Below are positions 33,837 to 41,099 of a DNA stretch of 42,869 nucleotides, piece after piece. The stretch's first letter is position 1; the number at the start of each line of letters is the position of its first letter. The notes below the pieces were generated by a model. The model saw only the letters and a list, made by a program, of their open reading frames with translations. It was not told where the DNA came from and made no database searches. This DNA is from a virus. A program made the position numbers and the translations under genes. Where the stretch lies: the IMG/VR virus record IMGVR_UViG_3300036835_000552; one strand, written 5' to 3'.

Positions 33837-34042
33837 ACCGGCGACTCCTCCGCGCGCGGCGTGCGCGCGGGCGGCGCGGTCCAGTCGTGGCAGGCGCCGC
33901 AGTATCCTTCGGCCAGGTCTGTCGGATGGTGACTGGTACGCCGGCAGCGCGGGCAGGTGAAGCCGGGGGAGTGCCGTCCGCCCCGGGCTCGTGTCGGAGC
34001 GGACGGCCTCTGTGATGGGGTGCGGTGAGGTGTGTGTCCCAC
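33815..34042 (-). CDS. Small zinc-ribbon protein
   Basis: CPRC-x14-CGAC. Start uncertain. Moderate third-position GC. Confidence 0.35.
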   Translation of the reverse strand: MGHTPHRTPSQRPSAPTRARGGRHSPGFTCPRCRRTSHHPTDLAEGYCGACHDWTAPPARTPRAEESPVCPIATR

Positions 34043-34158
34043 GCGCCCCGCCTTCTAGCACGTCGTGGGCCAGCTCGCGATGGCGAAACGGACGTCGCCC
34101 ATGAGCGCCCGCACGGTGCCGCGCAGCGCCGTCGGTCTGTGCTCGTGCTCCTCTCGGG

Positions 34159-34860
34159 TCAAGCCTGCGAGATCTCCTGCGACCGCTTGGCCGCCGCCGC
34201 GGCGAGGATGTCGCCGAGCAGCGTGGGCGGCCCGCCGCGGGGGGGCAGTGGCGCCGCGCGGGCGGGCCCGCGGCGCATGCGCTGCGCGCTCCGGCCGGGC
34301 TCCGGGTCCCGCGCGCGCGTGCGGCCCTCGACCCTAGTCGCGCGCGCGCGCGCGTCCGGATCCGGATCTTTTTCTTCTATAGGGGAAGGGGAAGGGGAGG
34401 CGTCGTTAGTAACGGCGTTACCGACGGCGTTACAGCCGGCGTTACCGCCGCCGCCTGCGCGATGCTTCTGCACTCGGGCTCGGCTGGCGGCGCGTCGCGC
34501 AAGGACCTGAACGCGCGAGGGATTGTACGTCAGGTAGTCGTGGATCTCCCATTCCTCGCCCCGGTCGTGCCACAGGCCAAGGGCTGCAAGATGAGCGGAT
34601 ATCGCCTGCACATCGGGCGCACGCGTTCGACACTTCCGTGCGCTACGCGTGCGCATTGGGACGCCCGCATCGTTCCCCGGCGCCACGTAGACGCCGCTCA
34701 GGTTGAGCAAGCAGGCGACCTTGTGCTTCGGGAGCCGGCCGTCGGTGAGGTTCCGCGCGCACCAGGAGATGGCCGCGGTATGGAGCAGCAGCCCGAGCGC
34801 GCCGGCCCGGCCGATCTTCCCGTTGTCGAGAATCGCGTCGTCGATCGCCGCCCAGGCCAT
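34159..34860 (-). CDS. Replication-initiator-like / DNA-binding protein (233 aa)
   Basis: The motif WEIHDYLTYNPS is common in phage replication/DNA-binding proteins. Internal iterons and an AT-rich tract. High third-position GC along the whole length. Confidence 0.5.
   Translation of the reverse strand: MAWAAIDDAILDNGKIGRAGALGLLLHTAAISWCARNLTDGRLPKHKVACLLNLSGVYVAPGNDAGVPMRTRSARKCRTRAPDVQAISAHLAALGLWHDRGEEWEIHDYLTYNPSRVQVLARRAASRARVQKHRAGGGGNAGCNAVGNAVTNDASPSPSPIEEKDPDPDARARATRVEGRTRARDPEPGRSAQRMRRGPARAAPLPPRGGPPTLLGDILAAAAAKRSQEISQA
34401..34445. repeat. Four direct repeats with 12-bp period (CGTCGTTAG, then CGGCGTTAC three times)
   Basis: Copies at 34401, 34413, 34425 and 34437. Adjacent are GGGGAA x3 (34382-34399), an AT-rich tract (34367-34381), TCCGGA x2 (34355-34366) and (CG)8 (34339-34354). 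Confidence 0.8.
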
Positions 34861-34866
34861 CCCGGC

Positions 34867-35106
34867 TCACCCCCCTGACGGCTCGCGGTTCTTCCCGCTG
34901 AAGCGGTCGCGCTCTTTGCAGGTCAGGAAGTGCGAGATCCACACCGACGGGCCGCGCTCGACACGCGGCGGCCGCCCGGGATCGCTCATCCCGGCCGCCT
35001 CGACGCGGTAGCTGTAGACCTGCTCGAGGGGGATGTCGGCCCCTGCCGGCGAGACCGCCCAGGTGATCGGGCGCCCGCAGCCCTTACAGGTCGCCGGCGC
35101 ACTCAC
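34867..35106 (-). CDS. Small zinc-binding protein (79 aa)
   Basis: The GTG start overlaps the ATPase stop (GTGA). Motifs CKGCGRPITW ... SHFLTC. Confidence 0.5.
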   Translation of the reverse strand: MSAPATCKGCGRPITWAVSPAGADIPLEQVYSYRVEAAGMSDPGRPPRVERGPSVWISHFLTCKERDRFSGKNREPSGG

Positions 35107-36833
35107 GTGAAGAGCTCCTCGCTGGCACGCAGCTCGCCGCGGCCCTCGACGAGCTCGAGCGTCCGCAGCCGGCTCAAGTAGGTATCGAACGTGCCGCTGC
35201 GATCACTGAGCCCGGCGCGGGCCGCGAGCTCGGCCCGCGAGAGGGCCGCCGGGTACGCATCGGCGATGACGCGCAGCATGCGCGCCGCGCCGCTATGCCC
35301 GAGCTCGCTGAGCCAGTGCGCGAGCAATCCCTGACCCGTCGGCAACGGCTCGAACGCGCCCAGGGAGGCGACGCCGTCGGCGGTGATCGTCAACGCGCTC
35401 GCCGACCCGGTGATCCAGCCGGCCGCCCGGGCCCGGCTCAGGTACGTGTCGAACGTGCCGCTGCGACTCGACAGTCCCGCGCGGACGCCGAGCTGGCCCC
35501 GCGACAGGCCCTGGGGCCGCTGGGCGAGCGCGACGAGCATCCGCCGGAGTCCGCTCTGACCGATGCGGAAGTGCGTGCGCGTCGCGGCCGGCGGGCCGCC
35601 GTTGGGCGCGGGGCGCGGGGGATATACCGCCGTAAGGGATGGTTTCAGAGTAGATCTCGCCGCCGTGTGGGCACGGTCGAGCAGCTGGGCGAGCGGCTCC
35701 CGCAGATCACTGAGGATGCCGGCGAACGTGCCGACCTGCGCGCGCGTGGTGTTGCTGAGCTCGCCCAGGCCGTCAACGCAACGATCGATCGCGGCCACGA
35801 GACGCTCCACCGTTCGCGTGTCCTGCTCGGAGAACACGGCCACCTCGACGCGCTGGGCCGGTGCCTGCGGCGGCCGGGCGGCGGCGCGCTCGAGCTCGGC
35901 GATCCGCTGGCGCAGCCGACGCGGATCGTTCGCCTTCGCCTGCTCGACGGTCGACGCAATCCGGCCCTTCAGCACCTCGAGGTCGACCGGCGCGAGCGCC
36001 TTCGGCTCGATCGGGTGCGCGTCGGCGGTCGGCGTCGCCGACGAGTCGAACGTCCGCCGGCGGCGGACCTTCACTTGCTTGAAGAGGTCGAGCCAGCCCG
36101 GCGACCACCACCAGGCCGTGCCGATCGGCAGCGACGGCAGTGACGCCATGAGCTGCTGGCGCTGCGCGGGCGTTCCGTGCACCTGGACCCAGGCGTCGAT
36201 GGCGGCGCGGTCCTGCGGCGCGATCGTGCGGAGCGCGACGAGGACCTCGACCTGCGTGAGGACGTCCTTGTTCAGCACGGCGGCGCGTTGCGTGACGAGC
36301 GAGACGCCGAGCCCGCGGGCCCGGCCGCGGCGGACGAGATCCTCGACCGCGCCGAGCATGCGTTCCTGGCCGCGCATCGGCCGCTGGGGGGCAAACGCAT
36401 CCGCCTCGTCGAGCACGACGTGCAGCGGCGCGCGGTTCTTGTGGTAGAGGCGCTCGCAGAAGTCCGCCATGAAGCGGACCTGCGCGCCCTTCCGGAGGAG
36501 CGAGAGATCGAGGACCGCCGACTGCGCCTCGGCGATCAGCCAGTCGGCGATCGTCTCGCCGGCGGTCTCCTCGAGCGGCACATCGCCGTGGTCGCCGCCG
36601 AAGACGACGATCGGAATCCCGGGCCCGGTCCCGGCGGCGTTCGCCCGCAGGCCCCACGCGACACCGACGGGATCGGCGACGACGACGCGCTGGCCCGCGC
36701 CGAGGAGCTCCTCGACGAGCACCAGCGCGCAGTACGTCTTCCCGGCGCCTCGCTTGGCGAGGATCCCGAACGTCTGCGAGACCGCCTCCAGCGGCAGCGC
36801 GAGCCCCGGCCCGATGGCGAGCGTGTGCGCCAT
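35103..36833 (-). CDS. HerA/FtsK-like P-loop ATPase with two tandem C-terminal wHTH repeats (576 aa)
   Basis: ILAKRGAGKTY (Walker A), VVADPVG, VVLDEADAF (Walker B), RRGRARGLGVSLVTQR. Duplicated GLS(S/D)RSGTFDTYLSR(A/L)R segments. Confidence 0.7.
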   Translation of the reverse strand: MAHTLAIGPGLALPLEAVSQTFGILAKRGAGKTYCALVLVEELLGAGQRVVVADPVGVAWGLRANAAGTGPGIPIVVFGGDHGDVPLEETAGETIADWLIAEAQSAVLDLSLLRKGAQVRFMADFCERLYHKNRAPLHVVLDEADAFAPQRPMRGQERMLGAVEDLVRRGRARGLGVSLVTQRAAVLNKDVLTQVEVLVALRTIAPQDRAAIDAWVQVHGTPAQRQQLMASLPSLPIGTAWWWSPGWLDLFKQVKVRRRRTFDSSATPTADAHPIEPKALAPVDLEVLKGRIASTVEQAKANDPRRLRQRIAELERAAARPPQAPAQRVEVAVFSEQDTRTVERLVAAIDRCVDGLGELSNTTRAQVGTFAGILSDLREPLAQLLDRAHTAARSTLKPSLTAVYPPRPAPNGGPPAATRTHFRIGQSGLRRMLVALAQRPQGLSRGQLGVRAGLSSRSGTFDTYLSRARAAGWITGSASALTITADGVASLGAFEPLPTGQGLLAHWLSELGHSGAARMLRVIADAYPAALSRAELAARAGLSDRSGTFDTYLSRLRTLELVEGRGELRASEELFT

Positions 36834-36835
36834 GA

Positions 36836-37336
36836 CTACGACGCCACCAGCGGGAGCGCGGGCTGTCCGCGATCGGCGAGCGGCGTCACGCGGATGCGCA
36901 CGCCGATCGGCAGGCCGCCATCGGCATAGAGCTTGTGGAGCTCCTCGTCCACGATCTGCGCATCGTCGAACCAGAGGATCCCCGTGCAGGCATCCTCGAC
37001 GGCGCGCGCGAGCTTCAGGACGTCGGGCTTCGTCGTCGGAACCATCGGAGCGCTCGGCAGCAGGCCCCGCTTGCCGTGGTGACCCTTCGGGCGCCGGACG
37101 AAGAACCACAGCGCGAGCCGCAGCGCGCCCCGATAGGCAGCGGCACGTCGGCCGACGGCATCCACCTTGGGTGCCGCCTCGGCGGCCGCGAGCCGAATCG
37201 CCGCGCGCCACTCGACGCCGCGCCGCCCACTCATGTCGGTGACCCCGACGTGGAGTGCGCCGTCACGGCCGCGAATCGGGAACGCGCGTTTGGAACCGCC
37301 GGGGACCGGCGCGCCGGGCACGAAAAACTCGATCAT
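36836..37336 (-). CDS. rusA: RusA-family Holliday junction resolvase
   Basis: Starts at an internal ATG at 37336. MIEFFVPGAPVPGGSKR..., and the D...D pattern near the C-terminus (KPDVLKLARAVEDACTGILWFDDAQI). Confidence 0.8.
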   Translation of the reverse strand: MIEFFVPGAPVPGGSKRAFPIRGRDGALHVGVTDMSGRRGVEWRAAIRLAAAEAAPKVDAVGRRAAAYRGALRLALWFFVRRPKGHHGKRGLLPSAPMVPTTKPDVLKLARAVEDACTGILWFDDAQIVDEELHKLYADGGLPIGVRIRVTPLADRGQPALPLVAS

Positions 37337-37518
37337 GCCGGCCGCGGCTCGCCCAGCGGCAACAGTAACGGCTGCTGCTTCTCGTGCGCCGCGCGCAAGA
37401 CCTCGACGCTCACGCGCAGCTGTTTCGCGCGGGCTCTGTGCTTGTGGCAGGAGCAGCAGAGGCCCCCCTCGCCGCGTCTCCGGCAGCGGCAGTTCGCTCC
37501 ACAGATCGGACACGCCAT
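37333..37518 (-). CDS. Small Cys-rich protein (61 aa)
   Basis: GGAGGG RBS. MACPICGANCRCRRRGEGGLCCSCHKH. ATGA coupling to rusA. Confidence 0.5.
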   Translation of the reverse strand: MACPICGANCRCRRRGEGGLCCSCHKHRARAKQLRVSVEVLRAAHEKQQPLLLPLGEPRPA

Positions 37519-37528
37519 GGGGACCCTC

Positions 37529-37957
37529 CTATGCGGCGTCTTCGGCGCCGCCCAGCTGCGGCTCGGCGAGCACGGCGGCCAGCGGGAGCACGAGCCGCCG
37601 GAACGTCGCGCGCCGGGCCGGCGTGAGCGCATGGTAGGCCCGGAGCAGCGTCGCGAGCCCGGGATCGGTTGGCGGCGCCGGGCGGGCGCCCAGCTCGGCC
37701 ACGCAGGCGACGAGCGCGAGCGCGGTCGGTGCCACGGCGCCTTCGAGCTGCGGCACGGCGGCGGCGAGTGTGTGGAGCACCTTCAAGACTGAGAGCAGCG
37801 GGACGCCCGCGCACCGGCCGCTCTCCATGCGCGAGACGAGACCTTGGCTCGTGCCGGCGGCGGCGGCGAGGTCCTGCTGGCTCAGGCCGAGGAGCTTGCG
37901 CGCCGTGCGGACCTGGCGGCCGAGCGTGGCGACGAGCGCCGCCCAGTCCGGCGTCAT
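37529..37957 (-). CDS. XRE-family HTH regulator (142 aa)
   Basis: LGRQVRTARKLLGLSQQDLAAAAGTSQGLVSRMESG. ATGA coupling with the upstream ORF. Confidence 0.75.
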   Translation of the reverse strand: MTPDWAALVATLGRQVRTARKLLGLSQQDLAAAAGTSQGLVSRMESGRCAGVPLLSVLKVLHTLAAAVPQLEGAVAPTALALVACVAELGARPAPPTDPGLATLLRAYHALTPARRATFRRLVLPLAAVLAEPQLGGAEDAA

Positions 37958-38160
37958 GCGTGGGGCCTCCAGCGCTTGTCCCGCGGCCGCTTCGGCGTGC
38001 GCGGCTCGTCGAGGACAAGGAGCTCCTGCCCGCAGCGCCGGCAGCGCATCCGGGGCGCGCCCCGGCCGCCCGGCTGGTACTCGACCGCGCTCTTCGGGTG
38101 CCGGCACGGCCGCCCCGCGCCCGCGCTCCGCGTCTCGCCCTTCGTCCGCCGCCGCCCCAT
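37954..38160 (-). CDS. Small zinc-ribbon-like protein (68 aa)
   Basis: About 100% G/C at third positions. C-x-H-P...C-x2-C (PCRHP...RCRRC), the same layout as ORF 1275..1461. Confidence 0.5.
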   Translation of the reverse strand: MGRRRTKGETRSAGAGRPCRHPKSAVEYQPGGRGAPRMRCRRCGQELLVLDEPRTPKRPRDKRWRPHA

Positions 38161-38317
38161 CGTCGGGGCGGGCGGCCCGCCCCCCAGCACCGCCGCACGG
38201 GGAGGGAACGGGCCGGGGGCGGCTCGTTGTGTGCGGGCGTGCCGGCCACCTCGTGCCGCCGCCATCCACGGGGACGCCGCGGGCCGCCCGGGGGACGGCG
38301 TCGCGCGCGCGCGCCTG

Positions 38318-38348
38318 ATGTCACCACTGTCGGCCGCATGTCACCACT
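38318..38348 (+). repeat. Two direct ATGTCACCACT copies 20 bp apart (candidate integrase arm-type sites, left arm)
   Basis: Copies at 38318-38328 and 38338-38348. Confidence 0.75.
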
Positions 38349-38452
38349 TCGCCGGGAAACCGGGGGCCCCCCGGGAAGCACGCCGGGGAGCCGCCGCCAG
38401 GGTTTCCGCGCAGTTGGGGCCCGCACTTCCCGCGCGGCACCCCCCTGCGACG

Positions 38453-38496
38453 GACTCTTAATCAGCGGGTCGCAGGTTCGACTCCTGCGCGGCCCA
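38453..38496 (+). other. 3' half of a tRNA-Lys(CUU)-like sequence, candidate attP core
   Basis: GACTCTTAATCAGCGGGTCGCAGGTTCGACTCCTGCGCGGCCCA aligns with bacterial tRNA-Lys from the anticodon loop through the T-arm to the discriminator. There is no D-arm and no matching 5' acceptor strand upstream. Confidence 0.7.
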
Positions 38497-38513
38497 TCTT
38501 GGTATTCACGCAC

Positions 38514-39827
38514 TTAGACGTCCCCGCCGTCCTCGCCCATGTCACCATTTCGGCGAAATGTCACCACTTCCCCGCCGACCGCGTCCCGCCGTGGTGACAT
38601 CGGGGCCTCGGGCGTCCCGTCGAAGAGGCCGACCGCAGACGCCGGGAGCTTCGGGCGGGCGGTGACGCCGTAGGTGTTGACGGTGAGCTCGATCCCCGCG
38701 TGGCCGAGCTGGCGCTGCACGTAGACGGGCGAGACGCCGGCGTCGATGAGCCGCGTGCCGTAGGTGTGGCGCAGGTCCTGGGCGGAGAGCGGGTGGGCGA
38801 GCCCCGCCTGGCGCCCGAGGCGGGCGAGGGCGCGGGCGACGTTCCGCGCCTGGACGGGGCCCCCGTCGCGGGACGGGAAGAGCCAGCGGCCGACGGGCGT
38901 GCCGGCCTTGAGCGCCCGCTTCTTGAGCCCGGCGACCTGGGCCCGGAGTACGGCGACGAGTTCCGGCGACCCGGAGAGGTCGACGTCGCGCGGGCCGAAC
39001 TTCGGCGGCTCGAGGGTCATCCGCTTGTAGTCGAAGCCTTGGCGGACGTGGAGCACGGGCGGCTCGGCGCGGAAGTCGGAGACCTCGAGCGCGATCGCCT
39101 CGCCGAGCCGGAGCCCGGCGCGGGCGTAGACGAGGAGCAGCGGATACCAGGCGCGCGCGCGGTCGCGGGTGGTCGTCGTGAGCGCGGCCAGCTCGGGGAG
39201 GGCGAGCACGCGCTGCTCGATCCGTTGCACGCGCTCGCGCGTCGTCGGCTCGAAGCGCAGTCCCCGGGCGCCGCCCAGCTTCGCGGCGGGGTTGGCGGCG
39301 AGGAGGCCGTCGTCGACCGCGGCCTGCAGGGCGGCGCGGAGCGCGGCGTAGACGTGGCGGACGGAGCCGGGCGCGAGTGGCCGCGCGGCGTGGGGGCACG
39401 GGATCCCGTGGTCGGCGCGGGCCCTGACGCACGCCGCCCGGGAGCACGGCGCGCGGCCGTCGACCTGGACGCCGAGGAGGAAGTCCTTGAGATCGGCGCG
39501 CTGGAGCCGCGTGACGCGGACGTCGCCGAGCGCGGGGACGATGAAGCGGGTGCAGGCGCGCTCGTAGGCGTCCCACGCGCGAGGCTTGAGCGTCGCGCGC
39601 TTCTGCCGGAGCCACCGGGCGACCCACTCCGCGAGCGTCATCCGGGGATCCAGCGCCACCCGCCGCGCTGGCGGGCCCTGCCTGCGGCGCTGCGCGGAGT
39701 AGGGGACGAGCGCCTTGAAGGCGTCCTCGGCCTCGGCCTTCGTCCGGAAACGCTTCTGCTGGCGCACGCCGTGGGCGTCGCGGAAGTCGAGGTAGTGGGC
39801 GCCGCGGCGTTGGACGACCTTCGCCAT
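38514..39827 (-). CDS. int: Tyrosine recombinase / phage integrase
   Basis: ...DLRHTYGTRLIDAGVSPVYVQRQLGHAGIELTVNTYG (the HxxR...Y catalytic region). Adjacent to the tRNA fragment. Confidence 0.9.
   Translation of the reverse strand: MAKVVQRRGAHYLDFRDAHGVRQQKRFRTKAEAEDAFKALVPYSAQRRRQGPPARRVALDPRMTLAEWVARWLRQKRATLKPRAWDAYERACTRFIVPALGDVRVTRLQRADLKDFLLGVQVDGRAPCSRAACVRARADHGIPCPHAARPLAPGSVRHVYAALRAALQAAVDDGLLAANPAAKLGGARGLRFEPTTRERVQRIEQRVLALPELAALTTTTRDRARAWYPLLLVYARAGLRLGEAIALEVSDFRAEPPVLHVRQGFDYKRMTLEPPKFGPRDVDLSGSPELVAVLRAQVAGLKKRALKAGTPVGRWLFPSRDGGPVQARNVARALARLGRQAGLAHPLSAQDLRHTYGTRLIDAGVSPVYVQRQLGHAGIELTVNTYGVTARPKLPASAVGLFDGTPEAPMSPRRDAVGGEVVTFRRNGDMGEDGGDV
38539..38600. repeat. Three further ATGTCACCAyT copies (two direct, one inverted), right arm, inside the int 3' end
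   Basis: Copies at 38539-38549 (ATGTCACCATT), 38558-38568 (ATGTCACCACT) and 38591-38600 (GTGGTGACAT, inverted). Confidence 0.75.
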
Positions 39828-40063
39828 CAGCGCTTCTCCCGCGTGACCGCGGCAGCGATCTCGGCGATCGATTCAGCCGTCTGGGTCTCGATCGAGGCGT
39901 TCGCGATCCCACCCATCGCGGCGACGATCACGAGGACGTTGACCCACAGCGGGAACAGGTTGAAGGCGTGGCAATAGGCGAGCAGCCCGGTGGTGACGGC
40001 GCCGCCGATGAGCCCGGCGACACCGGCACGCTGCTGCATGCGCTTGGTAGGAGTCGCGACCAT
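39827..40063 (-). CDS. Two-TM membrane protein (78 aa)
   Basis: VAGLIGGAVTTGLLAYC ... FPLWVNVLVIVAAMGGI. Start and stop coupled to the XRE gene and int. Confidence 0.55.
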   Translation of the reverse strand: MVATPTKRMQQRAGVAGLIGGAVTTGLLAYCHAFNLFPLWVNVLVIVAAMGGIANASIETQTAESIAEIAAAVTREKR

Positions 40064-40296
40064 CAGCTAGCTCCCCGGGCGCGCCGGGAAGGCGTCGGCC
40101 GCGCCGACGTCGACGGGTTCCCCGCCGCCCCGCGATCGGCGTACAGCGTGAGGGCGGTGACGGCGAGGGGCGGGATCGGGTTGGTCCCGGTCTCCCACCG
40201 GGAGACGGTCATCATGCGGACGCCGAGCGCGTCCGCGAGTGCGTGCTGGGTCAGGCCCAGCCGGCGCCTCAGGCGCCGCAGGTCGGTGTTTGTCAT
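40063..40296 (-). CDS. XRE-family (Cro/CI-type) HTH regulator (77 aa)
   Basis: LRRLRRRLGLTQHALADALGVRMMTVSRWETG. High third-position GC. Confidence 0.8.
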   Translation of the reverse strand: MTNTDLRRLRRRLGLTQHALADALGVRMMTVSRWETGTNPIPPLAVTALTLYADRGAAGNPSTSARPTPSRRARGAS

Positions 40297-40681
40297 GCCC
40301 GGGACTATACCCGGAGGCTAACCCGATGGGAAATGGCCGCGCCGCGTCGCGATGGGCCGCGCGGTAGGCGCGCGCGTCGGCGAGCCGGACATGGCGCCGC
40401 CGCCCGATCCGCTCCACGGGGAGCGCGCCCGCCGCCATCAGGTTCGCCGCGGTCTTCTCGGCGACGCCGAGCTCCGCGGCGAGCGCCGCCGCATCGAGCG
40501 GGCGTTCGGCATCGGGCCCCGCCCGCGCCGCGTTCACGCGGGCGAGATGCACCGCGGCCAGCGTGGTCCAGCCGGCGAGCTTCGCGAGGAACGCGACCAC
40601 GTCGCTCTCGAGCGCCTGCGTGAGGTCGGGATCGGGGAGCGCCACAAGATCCGCTACGGCGACGCTCCCCTCGCTGCCCAT
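40067..40681 (-). CDS. Excisionase-type HTH protein whose reading frame runs on across the XRE gene
   Basis: The first 115 aa or so have high third-position GC and an HTH (LAAELGVAEKTAANLMAAGALPVERIGRRRHVRLADARAY). After nt 40330 or so the third-position GC collapses, but there is no stop until 40067. Confidence 0.45.
   Translation of the reverse strand: MGSEGSVAVADLVALPDPDLTQALESDVVAFLAKLAGWTTLAAVHLARVNAARAGPDAERPLDAAALAAELGVAEKTAANLMAAGALPVERIGRRRHVRLADARAYRAAHRDAARPFPIGLASGYSPGHDKHRPAAPEAPAGPDPARTRGRARRPHDDRLPVGDRDQPDPAPRRHRPHAVRRSRGGGEPVDVGAADAFPARPGS
40304..40332 (-). promoter_or_regulatory. Candidate promoter giving a leaderless XRE mRNA
   Basis: Minus strand TTCCCA (40332-40327), N17, TATAGT (40309-40304), then 7 nt to the ATG at 40296. 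No RBS is visible. The -10 is bracketed by the inverted repeat CCGGG/CCCGG. Confidence 0.4.
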
Positions 40682-40797
40682 TGCGGCGGTCGGCCTAGCG
40701 CCGCACGGGCGGGTGTGTCAAGGTACCAACGTGAAGGGTTGGCGTTGCTGCAATAGCAGCATGTCGCATTATTTACGTCGCGTAGGATTGGCGCGGC

Positions 40798-40965
40798 CTA
40801 TCGTGTCCTCGCCGCGAAGCGCTCGGCTGCCTTGCGGAGCACGGTGCGGATGAGCTTCGCCGTTGATCCGCGTTCACCAGGATCGGCTTGCCGTGCGGCT
40901 TCTTTCACGAACGCCGCCCAGACGTCGGGGTCGAGGTAGAGCGTGGTCTTCTTCTTCCGAGGCAT
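40798..40965 (-). CDS. Ribbon-helix-helix (Arc/CopG-like) protein (55 aa)
   Basis: Not in the ORF track. MPRKKKTTLYLDPDVWAAFVKEAARQADPGERGSTAKLIRTVLRKAAE. Divergent from the early operon. Confidence 0.6.
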   Translation of the reverse strand: MPRKKKTTLYLDPDVWAAFVKEAARQADPGERGSTAKLIRTVLRKAAERFAARTR

Positions 40966-41099
40966 CGCGGGCTGTCAGTGGCAAATTGCTGCTTCAGTGA
41001 CAATTCGCGCGAAAATATCTTGACAGTATCCGGATAATGACCATACAAGGCGGCTTTCGCGCCCCAGCTCGCGCGCAGACGAGAGGAGGTTGCCGCGGT
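40966..41099. promoter_or_regulatory. Divergent early regulatory region
   Basis: The most AT-rich intergenic stretch. TTGACA (41020-41025), N18, TACAAG. 10-bp palindrome TATCCGGATA (41027-41036). Repeats TCAGTGGCAAATT (40975-40987) and TCAGTGACAATT (40994-41005). GAGAGGAGG RBS (41081-41089). Confidence 0.45.

Noticed and set aside
34339-34354. (CG)8 tract as an independent Z-DNA element
   Set aside because: It encodes the Ala-Arg repeat of the protein and is not unusual in a roughly 70% GC genome. I mention it only as part of the putative origin region.
38416-38496. Possible complete tRNA gene (GGGCCCGC... to ...GCGGCCCA)
   Set aside because: The upstream part lacks a D-arm (no TAGCTCAGTTGG-like sequence). 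The 5' side of the anticodon stem does not pair with TCAGC. The length is wrong (81 nt without CCA). Only the 3' half is tRNA-like.
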